A stretch of DNA of 64,000 nucleotides from Pseudovirgaria hyperparasitica (lineage: Eukaryota): assembly GCA_010093815.1 (NCBI GenBank), contig ML996577.1; one strand, given 5' to 3'. Below, piece after piece: positions 1 through 12,154 of the stretch. A model generated the notes under the pieces. That model was not told the origin of the DNA, did no database searches, and saw only the letters and a list, made by a program, of their open reading frames with translations. The first letter of the stretch is position 1; every line of letters begins with the position of its first letter. A program made the position numbers and the translations under genes.

Positions 1-1220
<1,220 letters not shown>

Positions 1221-2205
1221 GGAGGCTCTCTTGTCATGCGCTCGCTCCACCGCAAAGCGAGACATTGCTTCATATCTACCTTGTTTCCTGTTTAGCCCGT
1301 ACTTTTTCGCCGCCGCATCCCGAGGCTGCCTGAAGATCACACGCCATACTATGCTCTTCGCTTGATGGCCGACTATTTGAGAAATGGTCACACTTCTGCA
1401 CTACCAGCCCGCCGTTTGGCAACCCCTTCATATCGGAGCACACCTACAAGAAGACCATGATCTGGCACCTCCAGCAAGCGCAACGCAAAGCGGGAACACT
1501 AGAAAAGTCGGTCGGGCATGCACTTCTTCATAGCATTGCATTAAACACTGTTGGATACCATAGAGCTTCCTGGGAACAGCTCTGAATGTTTATATTCGCT
1601 GGGCGTACTTGGCGAATCGAACGGGACAATGTTGTATTGTTTTGTACATGCCGCTGGAAATCACACACAAAGCAAGGAGCTTTCTTCTAAATAGCGTGCT
1701 CGCTGCTTTCTTGAAATGCTAGCGAATTTCTTACACCTCTTTTGAACGTACATTGGACAGATTCCAGAGTTGTGCTTTGTGTGACGGACACGGGAATCGC
1801 CGCAAACGTGTGCTGTCATATCTTGTGACTATTGCATCCTCCAGTGTTGGCATGTTTGTAAATAATATAATGACTGCGGCGCGACTCGACCGCGTGTCGT
1901 GTTCCTAATTCGGGTCACTCTTCGTCAGCGCGTGACGACACTGCCGATACCCAGCGCGGGCGGGAAGCATCAGATCTAACCCGAAAGCCCTAAGTTGTGG
2001 CGGTGGGGGCAGGCGGGCGCAGGCGTCTTGGAGCTCCGACATCATCTGGCAACGCACGCAAGCCGATCTGCTCGCTGCCTACAACCACCACACCTACTAC
2101 AACCACGAATTCAGCCTTTCCCTTCTCTTTCGACACCCTAACTTTCCGACTCACTATACTCTAAAAACACTCCACCATTATCTACGCAGACCTTCCCTGG
2201 GAAAT

Positions 2206-4524
2206 ATGTTCAGGGCACAACAGAATGCCTTTGACGATGCTGTCGGTACGTTTTGCCTCCTGGCGCAGTAACTATCTAGCCATGAATGTCTGACTTGTTG
2301 CTCCGTAGCCAAGGCGACCGACGAAAACCTGACGAGCGAGAATTGGGAATTTATCCTGGTGCGTGACTTCTACAGCTTCTACAAATATGGGCATAAGCCA
2401 AAGAGCCGGTCGTGATGAGAAGCTCAGATGGAGTGCACACGCTTGACATAGCGCGGCTCTTAGAGTCGACATGAAGAGATGAGAATGCTGATAGGTCTAT
2501 GTATAGGATGTCTGTGACAAAGTGGGCTCCGATGAGGCAGGGTACGTCTCTCACACTCTTTGACATATCGCCGCGCGCATAGGGGCAGGCAATGTAGAAC
2601 AAGCATAGCTGACAATGGCACAGAGCAAAGAACGCCGTTGCCGCAATGATCAAGCGGCTTGCCCACCGCAACGCCAATGTTCAGTTATATACCCTCGAAT
2701 TAGCGAATGCGCTATCGCAGAACTGCGGAAACAAGATGCACAGAGAGCTTGCCTCGAGGAGCTTTACGGATGCGATGATCAGGCTGGCTGGAGACAGGGT
2801 ACGACCGGCTCTCTTCATGTGCCGTCCCTTGCTGACTCAAGCAGAACACACACCAGCAAGTCAAGACGAAGATACTCGAAAGGATGGCAGAATGGACAGA
2901 GATGTTCAAGAAGGATCCCGATCTGGGCATCATGGAGCAGGCATATATGAGGCTGAAGACGCAAAGTAGGCTCTCACGACTAGAAAGCAGGTGGCAGTAG
3001 CTGATGCTAGGATAGATCCCGAACTAAGGCCTCCTTCAAAACCACAGAAGACACAGATCAGTGAGTCGGACCGCCAGAAAGAGGAAGAAGAGCTGCAAAT
3101 GGCGCTCGCTCTGTCGGTGAAGGACTCGGCCGCCGCTGCCAGCAAGGCGGGAACCAAGCCCAGTCCAGCCCAAACCACCTCGACTTCTGCTCCCACTGAA
3201 ACTCCATCGCAGCCTGTTCCGTCAGGGACCACAGCGGCTACAGTCTCACGTGTACGCGCGCTCTTCGACTTCCAGCCGTCTGAACCGGGAGAACTGCAAT
3301 TCCGCAAGGGTGATGTCATTGCCGTACTCGAATCTGTATACAAGGACTGGTGGAAGGGTTCACTCCGTGGCCAGAGCGGCATCTTTCCCTTGAATTACGT
3401 CGAGAAGCTGCAGGATCCTACTCAGGAGGAGCTACAGCGAGAAGCACAGATGGAGGGAGAGGTCTTTGCTCAAATCAGGAACGTGGAAAAGCTGCTTGCA
3501 CTCCTGAGCACGAGCTCGAGGGCCGAGGGCGATGTAAGAGACAATGAGGAAATCACTGAGCTCTACCATTCCACACTGGCAATCAGGCCTAAGCTAATTG
3601 AGCTCATCGGGAAGTACTCACAAAAGAAAGGTACGCAGCCTGTAACTCGGTTGCAGACATGATACTGACCGTAAAGCAGACGACTTTACTCAGCTGAATG
3701 AGAAGTTTATCAAAGCACGCCGAGACTATGAGTCGCTCCTCGAAGCTAGCATGTCCCATCCTCCGCAGCCTACATACTCGCACACACAGCGACCATACAG
3801 CTATGCTCCCCCCTCTCAGCAGAACTATCCTCAGTATGGCCCTGGAGCTCCTGGTCCTCAGCGTTTCTATTCCCCTGCACCTCCTGAGAATTCATATCCT
3901 CCGCAAAATGGACCAGCACCATTCATGATGGTTCCTCCAGGCCAACAACCGCAACAGCGCCCAAGTCAAAGCCCGAAGCCGGCACCGGCGCACATGTACC
4001 CGCCGCCCAATGCGCTCCCAGGGGCCAGTGGTGGCCCTCCGCCGCAGCAACATCACCAGGCACCTCCACCACAAGGCCCACAATCTCAAAGACTGAACAG
4101 CGGACCTCCTGGTGGACAGCGTCCTCACTCCATGGCTTTTCCTCCAGGTGGGGTGCCACAGGAACTATCTACTGGGCAATTCGACTCCCCCGTTGAAAAC
4201 CGTCCAGGCGGTGCATATCCACCCCCGTCACATGCACCACCAGGCCCACCTCAAGCACCGTACGAGAACTACGGGCAGCCGCCACCGCCGCAGCAGCAGC
4301 AACCGCATCGTCAGGCTAGTTATGATTCTCCGACTAGTATGTACAGCCAAGCGACCTTTGTTCAGCCCTCCGCACCATCTCAGCCGAATCATCCACCACC
4401 CGCTATCCCGGGAAGTCCAAACCTGCCACCAGCCGGAACAGGAGCATATCAAGCATATCAGCCACCTCCGCAGACTGCTCAAGGAGGGCACTGGGCCGGT
4501 GGGGACGAGGGATTCTACCGATGA
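2206..4524 (+). CDS. HSE1: ESCRT-0 subunit Hse1/STAM (VHS-UIM-SH3-GAT, Pro/Gln-rich tail), multi-exon
   Basis: MFRAQQNAFDDAV-AKATDENLTSENWEFIL VHS start; UIM EEEELQMALALS; SH3 VRALFDF...DWWKG...GIFPLNYV; canonical introns e.g. 2246-2308, 2359-2506, 3631-3679. Confidence 0.93.
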
Positions 4525-5112
4525 AGCAGATGCAGACACTTGACAGCCCGGTATTCTATCCCTTTTACGATACGAGCATATTTATATACTGACTCTCGGA
4601 TATGTTCGCGTGTGAAAATGGCGATTTACCTTAAAAACGATACCTTTACATATATATATATGTTGCGTGTTGGAGCAGATGAATAACGAGGATTCTAATT
4701 GGCTCAGGAGTGGGGACGCTAAGACCACCACTTAAGCACTACCTATCCATGTCACTGTACATATGCCTGTTTGGGAAAAACACTCGTGTTTATAATGAAG
4801 ACGCGTGACATCGATCTATTCTTTTCACATGCATCTACTGTCCAAGACTGCGTGTAAATGTGAATACCTGTGGAGATTCACATCTACCCTGACGTCGAGG
4901 TCCGGTGGATCCCTGAACCTTATTATGAGGGTCCTGACGATGCCCCACTAGTCTAGGTGGCGTTGAGCGTCAGAGCTGAACCCGCAATTTATCTTTGATG
5001 TCTTTCTGTCTGTCTGCATACCTACGAGCTTGCTCAAATTTCCCACCCACGTACTACCAGAGATACCTGCATAGTGTCACGAGAAGTCGGTTCATCAGCG
5101 AGCTCTCACGCA

Positions 5113-6930
5113 ATGTCTGACAGGTGCTACTCGCCTGGCCTCGCAACACACCGCCCGGGCACACAATCAGCAACGCCGAACCGAAGATACCTCAACGTCC
5201 TCATTGCTTCCCCGTACCCGATAAATGGTCGATGGCCGAACATACACTTTGAGCAAGGCATAATACGCCCTCTCCTCCGCCAGCTCCATGGCGTGGACGA
5301 GGTCAACTACAAATACTACGATTCCGAGCGGGCAGAAGACTTTACCTCCCCGACGGGCGTGTCTGGCCAGTCGGTCGAGGCCTGGGCCGCAGAACTGTGC
5401 CAGTGGGCGAACCTCCTCATCTTGCTGCCCTGGGACTCGGATAATATTGCCCGTATGCTGCATGGGATCGCGGCGGAGAATGTGTGGCTCACGGTGCTGC
5501 GCAGCTGGGACGTCACGAAGAAGATCTTGCTGGTGCCGTGCATGAACACGCTCATGTGGGAGAATCCGATCACGAAGAAGCAGCTGAGCAAGCTGAAGCG
5601 GAAGTGGAACTGGGTGCGGGTCATACAGCCGATACTGTGGGACGCGAAGAGTACGAAGCTGGCGGCCTGGGAGGGCCGGGATGAGGTGGTGGAGGGGGTG
5701 CGGATTGCGAGGGACCGGATGGTGATTGGGCAGGACGTCAATATCATGCCGCCGACGCGCGCGTTCGAGCCGGCGAAGGGGAAGAGAGAGGAGTTTCCGA
5801 TGCTGCCGCCGGAGCTGTGGTCTATGATTCTGGACTTCACGCAGGACTGGGAGTTGGCCAAGGCGTTGGGTGTGCATACGACGCTGCCGGTGCCGGTGGA
5901 GTGGAGGCAGGCGAGCAGTGAGGCCGGGCCGCAGACTCTGATGCAGAAGCTCGAATGGAGCATCCTGTGCGGTCGTCTGGAGGACGTCAAGGCTGTCCTT
6001 CAAAACGTGCAGTCCCCCCGGGGTCTGTCCCGGCTCTGCATCAAGCTCGTCATGCGCTTCTCCAAGACCGCCCTCCTCTCCTATCTCGAAACGAACCACA
6101 AGGATCTCTTCTGGGAGACCTTCGGCCACACCTTCCTGCCGGACAAGGCATCCGCCGTCTTCGGCAACACCCGCCTGCTCTCCTTCTGGCACACCTCCCC
6201 GTCCTTTCTCGTCAAGGAATACACCGCCGAGGCCCTCGACGGCGCCTCGCGCAACGGCTTCGTCCACGTCCTCGACTGGTGGTACCGCTCCGGCCTCCCG
6301 CTCAAGTACACCGAGGCCGCGCTCGAGCAGGCCAGCTCCCAGGGCCGCATCGAGGTGCTAGAGTGGTGGAAGCACGCCGCCCAGCCCCCCGACGGCGAAC
6401 ACCTCTCCACGCCCAGCAGCAGCACCACACGGCCCCTATCCACACCCGCCTCCGGCCCGACACCAACACCCACCATCCGCCTCCGCGCCCAGCGCCCGCC
6501 CGCCATCAAGCTCAAGCAAGGCAAAAGCATCTCCCACGCCACCCAATCCGGCTCCCTGCCCGTCGTCCGCTGGTGGGCCGAAAGCGGCATCCTCTCCCCG
6601 CAACACGAGGACTCGGTCGCCAAGCTGGCCAGCACCCACGGGCACGTCCACCTGCTGCACTACTGGGCGGAGCTGCGCGGCGAGAAGATGGTGTTTGACC
6701 ACCAGGTGCTCGTCGGCGCGACGAAGATGGGCCACGGCGAGGTGCTGGAGTGGTGGAAGCAGAGCGGGCTGAAGGTCGAGTACAAGACTTGTGATATTGA
6801 GGAGGCGTTGGAGGATGGGGTCGAGGGTGCGCGTGGGGATGCGGTGCGGCGGTGGTGGGCGCGGAATGGGCTGAATTTGGGGGTCGGCACGAGTGAGTGG
6901 ATGCGGGTGAAGACGTTGGGGCAGGGGTGA
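5113..6930 (+). CDS. HFCD flavoprotein (Hal3/PPCDC)-like domain fused to an F-box-like motif and ankyrin-like repeats, 605 aa, intronless
   Basis: ELCQWAN...LRSWDVTKKILLVPCMNTLMWENP matches the HFCD PxMNxxMW signature; LPPELWSMILDF; repeated A(S)xxGxxxVLxWW units. Confidence 0.8.
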   Translation: MSDRCYSPGLATHRPGTQSATPNRRYLNVLIASPYPINGRWPNIHFEQGIIRPLLRQLHGVDEVNYKYYDSERAEDFTSPTGVSGQSVEAWAAELCQWANLLILLPWDSDNIARMLHGIAAENVWLTVLRSWDVTKKILLVPCMNTLMWENPITKKQLSKLKRKWNWVRVIQPILWDAKSTKLAAWEGRDEVVEGVRIARDRMVIGQDVNIMPPTRAFEPAKGKREEFPMLPPELWSMILDFTQDWELAKALGVHTTLPVPVEWRQASSEAGPQTLMQKLEWSILCGRLEDVKAVLQNVQSPRGLSRLCIKLVMRFSKTALLSYLETNHKDLFWETFGHTFLPDKASAVFGNTRLLSFWHTSPSFLVKEYTAEALDGASRNGFVHVLDWWYRSGLPLKYTEAALEQASSQGRIEVLEWWKHAAQPPDGEHLSTPSSSTTRPLSTPASGPTPTPTIRLRAQRPPAIKLKQGKSISHATQSGSLPVVRWWAESGILSPQHEDSVAKLASTHGHVHLLHYWAELRGEKMVFDHQVLVGATKMGHGEVLEWWKQSGLKVEYKTCDIEEALEDGVEGARGDAVRRWWARNGLNLGVGTSEWMRVKTLGQG

Positions 6931-6940
6931 GGGCGGTGTT

Positions 6941-7000
6941 GGGGGCTTGGGGGACTTGGGGGACTTGGGGGGCTTGGGGGGCTTGGGGGGCTTGGGGGAC
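6941..7000 (+). repeat. G-rich 9-mer tandem repeat (CTTGGGGG[G/A])n just downstream of the stop codon
   Basis: Seven G5-G6 runs separated by CTT/ACTT, read directly. Confidence 0.9.
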
Positions 7001-7770
7001 TCGGGTTCCGGCTGAAGGATGGAGAGGAGAGACTGAAGACTGGAGACTGAAGATTGATTTGTAGATGGTGGATACATAGTCATGTCTCCCTATATAGAAA
7101 TACACAACCGGTATGTGGTTCATATCTATATCAACTTCTTCGCGAAGACACCAGACACCTCAAACCTGTCTCTCGCCTTGTCTAGGTAGGTAGGTAATCA
7201 ATTTACCTGTCCCATTAGTACATATCGTAAACTCACCACACACACACACACCCCCCAGTTTATTCTTCGCCAAGGGGTCTTTGGAGACTTTTTCTAGTAT
7301 TAGTAGTTTCCTCGTAGTGCGTCTATTATGAAATCTTATCTATGCCTGTAATGTAATGACTAATTTATGCATATATATATAATCTGAAAAATCTACCTAC
7401 ATGGCAATGGTACGCACGATTTACAAGGACACGCTTATCGCCAGCCAGGTAGACTCGTATGGATGTGTTGAAGAAGAAACTTCGCTCATGGAAGGCAGGC
7501 ACGCTAGCACTAATTAGTCTCGTGTATATTAACTCAACTCTCTAGTACTCAGAACTCTCTCTGATACAACACACTTCATTCGGCAATATGAAGTACTTCT
7601 GCAAAATATCAAACCGACTCCGTTCCGTTCCGTTCCGTATCCATAACGCCTGTTCGTGATGCGTTGCAATTGTCACCTCCAATATCTGTTCCTTACGCTT
7701 TGCAATTCTTGCTTCCGCATCGACTCGAGTGGCCGAGTCTGGTCAATCATGTTCCCTGCCGCCAAGACGC

Positions 7771-8435
7771 TCACTTCGTGATGAAGTTGAGGTAATCCGC
7801 AATAATAAGCGTGATCATCCTACACACAAAACGTCATTAGCCAGCCATCTCCACGCAGGAGGACGATCAAGGAAAAAAGAAAACATACGCATGAGGCGCA
7901 ATCCGCACATAGTACGTCGTAAACCCGCGATAAAACCTCAACACCCCCTCCTCCCTCGCCACCTTCCCAAAACAATCAACCATATTCCGATACGGCATCT
8001 TCCCATCCGGGCCCCGCTGCTGTTTTTGCAACCGCGTCTTCACAAAGTCAAACGGCAAGCTGAAGAAACTCGCAAAGAACCCCGCAAACGCACTCGCCGT
8101 CAACGTCTGCATCCGCGGCGTCAGCGTCACCGTCGAACTGTCCCGCAGCCGGCTCTTGGCCTCGCTGAAGAATGCCAATTGTCCGAAATTCAACGCCATT
8201 GCACGTGCGATTGTCGGTGTTGCGCCGGCCCAGAGCGCGGTTATGCCTTCGCTTCGGCCGATGCGTGTCAGGGCGTCGATGACGGATTTGTAGCGTGCGC
8301 GCTCGCCGGCGGGTTTGAGGCCGTCGGATTGCATCCGGATGAGGGCGAGGTCTGCGGGGTTTGCGAGCATGGCTGCTAGGCCACCTGCTGCGAGGCCCGC
8401 AGCGGCGCGTTCCTTGAAGCCGATGGATGGGCGTG

Positions 8436-8493
<58 letters not shown>

Positions 8494-8952
8494 CGGGGCC
8501 GCGCTCAGGCGTGTCATGATGGTGTCGAAGAGGCCTAGGCGTGCGGTCGTGTAGACGGCCTGGCGGAGGAGGCCTGCGCTCAGACCCGAGTATAGGTCTA
8601 GCACCTTGCCCGCCTTGATGATATCTCTCGCTACGGAGAGCGCGGTGGGTCTGGCACTTACACCGGCACCGGCACTGCCTCCTTTTGCCCCTCCCTCGCC
8701 GGCGAGCTGGAGACGCACTTTGACCATGTCCACGGGCTGGACGACGCAGGTGGCTGCCATGCCGGAGAGGCCGCCGTTGATGAAGGGCAGGGCGGCGCGC
8801 ATGAGCGGGGTGTGGAGGATGTCGCGGGAGGCTTGGGAGGGGTTTTCGGCGGCGGCTTTGAGGGGCGCTTCGGCTTCTTTGACGACGCCCTTGGCGGCGG
8901 TGAGGGCGTCGGATGTTTTGCGCTTGGCGGCTTCGACGATGGGGGTCGTCAT
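7771..8952 (-). CDS. Mitochondrial carrier, 2-oxoglutarate/malate (OGC/DTC-like), 370 aa. Exons 8952-7889, 7819-7771
   Basis: Three carrier signatures PVDMVKVR, PADLALIR, PFDFVKTR; LLRQAVYTTARLG and YVRIAPH typical of OGC; GT-AG intron 7888-7820 restores the frame. Confidence 0.92.
8437..8490 (-). repeat. (AGC)18 coding microsatellite encoding poly-Ser inside the carrier
   Basis: 18 perfect GCT units on the plus strand. Confidence 0.95.
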
Positions 8953-9229
8953 TGTTGTTGTTTGGGGGGGGGGGGCTTGTTGTGAGGGTGATGTGGGGAG
9001 GTTGGGTGGAAGGCGGAGAGGTAGGTGCGTTAGAAGAGAAGAGGACAGAAGAAGAGAGGAGAGGTCCGTTGATATCTCTACCACAGACAGGAACGTTCGA
9101 GGAGCGAGGAGCGAGCAGGGAGGGAGGAAAGGCGGAGTGCGATAAATACGTCGGTCCAAGAAGGCAGAAGGCAGAAGGCAGAGGGCCAGGACAGCTAGAT
9201 ATGACCGTTCCACCGGCACTCGATCTGTG

Positions 9230-11560
9230 AAAGCAACACCCAGTACCAGTCAGTATCAGCACGTATCAGCCAGTACCAGTGAACCGTCCCCCCGAAGCAG
9301 CACAGCCTTCTTGACCCACAGCAGCGAAGCCAACATATACACATACACATACACATCCACACATACATACATCCACATGACCACACGGCCGCGCACAGAT
9401 CATACACACCACGGCTCCGTTCCACGGCAATATACACACACATCACACACAAATCCAGCACAAAAGACAGCACAAAATAGTGACATGACCAGCACAAGGG
9501 ATCGAAAACGAAGCGGAGGAGAAGGAGGAGATGGAAAAGCACTCACCGATACGGCACGGAGCACTCAAAGCACGGATGGTTCTCTGGTTCAGCGGTTCAG
9601 AGAGAGAGAGCAGGGGGACACGAGGTGGTGTTTGAATCTTTCCCGGCCGGGAGATGCTTTGTGTTGTGGTGGATAGATAGCTCTGCGACAGCTACAGCTA
9701 CGAAGTTACGAAGCTACGAAGCTACGAAGCTCCACTTGATCGGATTGCTCCGGGCGGGTGGGTAGGGTGGTATGTAAGGTGGTAAGTAGGGTGGTAAGTA
9801 GGGTGGTTGGTAGGTATGTATGTAGTAGTCGGCTAGATAGCTCGGATGATAGATTAGAGATCCGCAGCTGTGTGTACGTTGTTGGGTGGTATGGTGTTTG
9901 ATGATGGCGCAGGGTGAGAAGGGACAGGTCGTGAGTGAGAGTAAGAGTGAGAGGTGAGAGAGAGTGCGAGAGGTGTGTGAGAGAGAGTGAGTTAGGTGAG
10001 AGGTGAGAATGAGAGCGATAGGTGAGAGTGAGAGGACGTGAGAGTGAGAGAGATAGAGAGGTCAGAATGAGGGGAAAGCAAACAAACAAGAACAAGAAGA
10101 CGACCAAGAAAGCAAGAAAGTAGAGCCTATTGTAATGTATTCTAAAGTAATTAGTGTCAGGTAAGGTAAGGTAAGGTAGGGTCTGTCTGGTCTGGTATGA
10201 ATAGCTGGGTGGATGGACGAGTGGATGAGTGGATGAGTGGATGAGTGGATGGACGGGACGAGATGAGTGGCACGACTCCGGGCCCTAACCCCCTCCTCCT
10301 CCTCACCCCCGCTCTTCTCCTCTGGTCGTGGATGGCTGTGCTGTGCGGTGTGTTGTGTTGTGTGTATGGATGGATGTATGGATGGATGGGGTGGTACGGT
10401 ATGGTATGGTATGGTATGGCATGGTATGGTATGGTTGTGTATGGTTGTGTATGATTGTGTATGGCATGGACAGGCAGGTCATACATAGCATAGCATAGCA
10501 TAGCATAGCATAGCATAGCATACACCTACTATTCATACTCCCGGCCCCCCCCTTTTCCCCGCACCTGGCGACCCCTCATTGTCTCCGTTTCAGCATGGTG
10601 GATGGAGATGGATATGTGCATGTGTATGGAGATGGATTTGAAGATGTCGATAAGATATGTGGATTGGGTGTATGTATGTCTGGAGTAATGAGCTCCTCAT
10701 ATCCTGTCACGTCGTTGTGTTTGATACTGTTGGTAGAGGGAGGGTTGGTCTGGTCTATGCTGGGATTGGGTGTATCTGGAGATGGATTGGGTGTATGGAC
10801 GCACGGGGGGTATGACGTCGATGGATCGCGGGGTCTGGCCTGGCCTATCCGGGCTGTCTGACCATCTATCTAATACCTGTCCATCTATCCATCCATCTCT
10901 CCATCCCATCCCTCCGTCTAATCCAACCATGATGATTACACACACACTCAAACACACTCAAACACACTCAAACACACTCAAACACACTCAAACACACTCA
11001 AACACACTCAAACACACTCAAACACACTCAAACACACTCAAACAAAACAAAAAACAAAGGCCAGATAACATCAACAAAACCCCCTTCCCCGCAAATCCGA
11101 CCCGATGTATATATGTATGTATGTATATACCTAACGCATGCACGAATGTACATTACGTGCAGCGTAGAGCAGCAATCAATAGCGGGGCCAGGCCAGACTA
11201 GTTTTACTCCACTTTGTCTTCCCGCCTGTCGCATGTGGTGCATGTGGTGCATGTGGTGCATGTGTCTGTTGCACGGCCGGGAGGGGCGAGCGGAAGAGGA
11301 GGCGAGGGGTTGGGTGAGGGAGAGAGAGGGAAGAGCTAGTGCGGATTAGGCATGGTGCGTTGTAGATAGGTGGTGGGGTCAGGGATTCATGGTAAGTAGC
11401 GTAGACTAGGTGTTATGGATGGTTATGGAAGCGGGATGTAGCATGTTTATATGGCTATCTATCTATCTGCAGTCATGTGGATGGTATGGGATGGGTTATG
11501 CTGCTGCTGCTGCTGCTGCTGGTCACTGGTGGGAGTGGAGGTGGTGGTGGTGCTGATACT
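9230..11560. repeat. Intergenic field of diverse microsatellites: (CTACGAAG)n, GA-rich, (GTAAG)n, (GGAT)n, (ATGGT)n, (TAGCA)n, (GCATGTGGT)n
   Basis: Directly visible; ORFs here are low-complexity translations of the repeats. Confidence 0.85.
10941..11040 (+). repeat. Decamer minisatellite (AACACACTCA): 9 perfect copies plus 1 variant
   Basis: Directly visible. Confidence 0.95.
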
Positions 11561-11588
11561 ACTACTTCTACTTCTACTACTACTACTT

Positions 11589-11683
<95 letters not shown>

Positions 11684-11693
11684 NNNNNNNNNN

Positions 11694-11788
<95 letters not shown>
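11556..11788 (+). repeat. (CTA)n microsatellite spanning a 10-N assembly gap (11684-11693)
   Basis: Directly visible; true length unknown. Confidence 0.95.
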
Positions 11789-11789
<1 letters not shown>

Positions 11790-12154
11790 TTGATATAATG
11801 ATGAATAGACCAACAATCATTCTTAACTATTCTTATAATGGTATTGGATCGATCTATACTCTACTCGTATGACATGTTTATATTAGAATATATGGAAATA
11901 TAGGTTGGAGAGGGATTTCTTTAGGCTTTCAGAGGGGAGACTATGGATCGAGTACTTGGGCTTCCAGTGTGTGAGATCTTTGGTCTGCTATCTATCGCCT
12001 ATCATTGTAGGCTTTGTATGATCGTATGGTGCTACTCCGTGAAGCACACCTTGGATGCTTTGTTTGCTCATCATTTGAGATCTATATTCAGACTACTGTC
12101 ACGTCTATCGCGCCCTACCGGGACATACGACTTACAGCCCAAAACCGTCCAACT

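Noticed and set aside
2412..2491. Possible C/D-box snoRNA in HSE1 intron 2 (GTGATGA...CTGA)
   Set aside because: The CTGA coincides with the branch site, there is no terminal stem and no rRNA guide was recognised
5167..7123. Long antisense and alternate-frame ORFs over the flavoprotein gene (366, 247, 224, 215 aa)
   Set aside because: Shadow frames caused by high GC3; no motifs
8048..9262. 404-aa poly-Gln ORF
   Set aside because: Alternate frame of the carrier's (AGC)n repeat
10941..11040. CRISPR-like or RiPP-precursor-like repeat (HTQTHSNTLK)n
   Set aside because: No spacers, signal peptide or Kex2 sites; plain decamer minisatellite
11451..11872. Poly-Leu, poly-Thr and poly-Val ORFs
   Set aside because: Translations of the (CTA)n microsatellite across a gap
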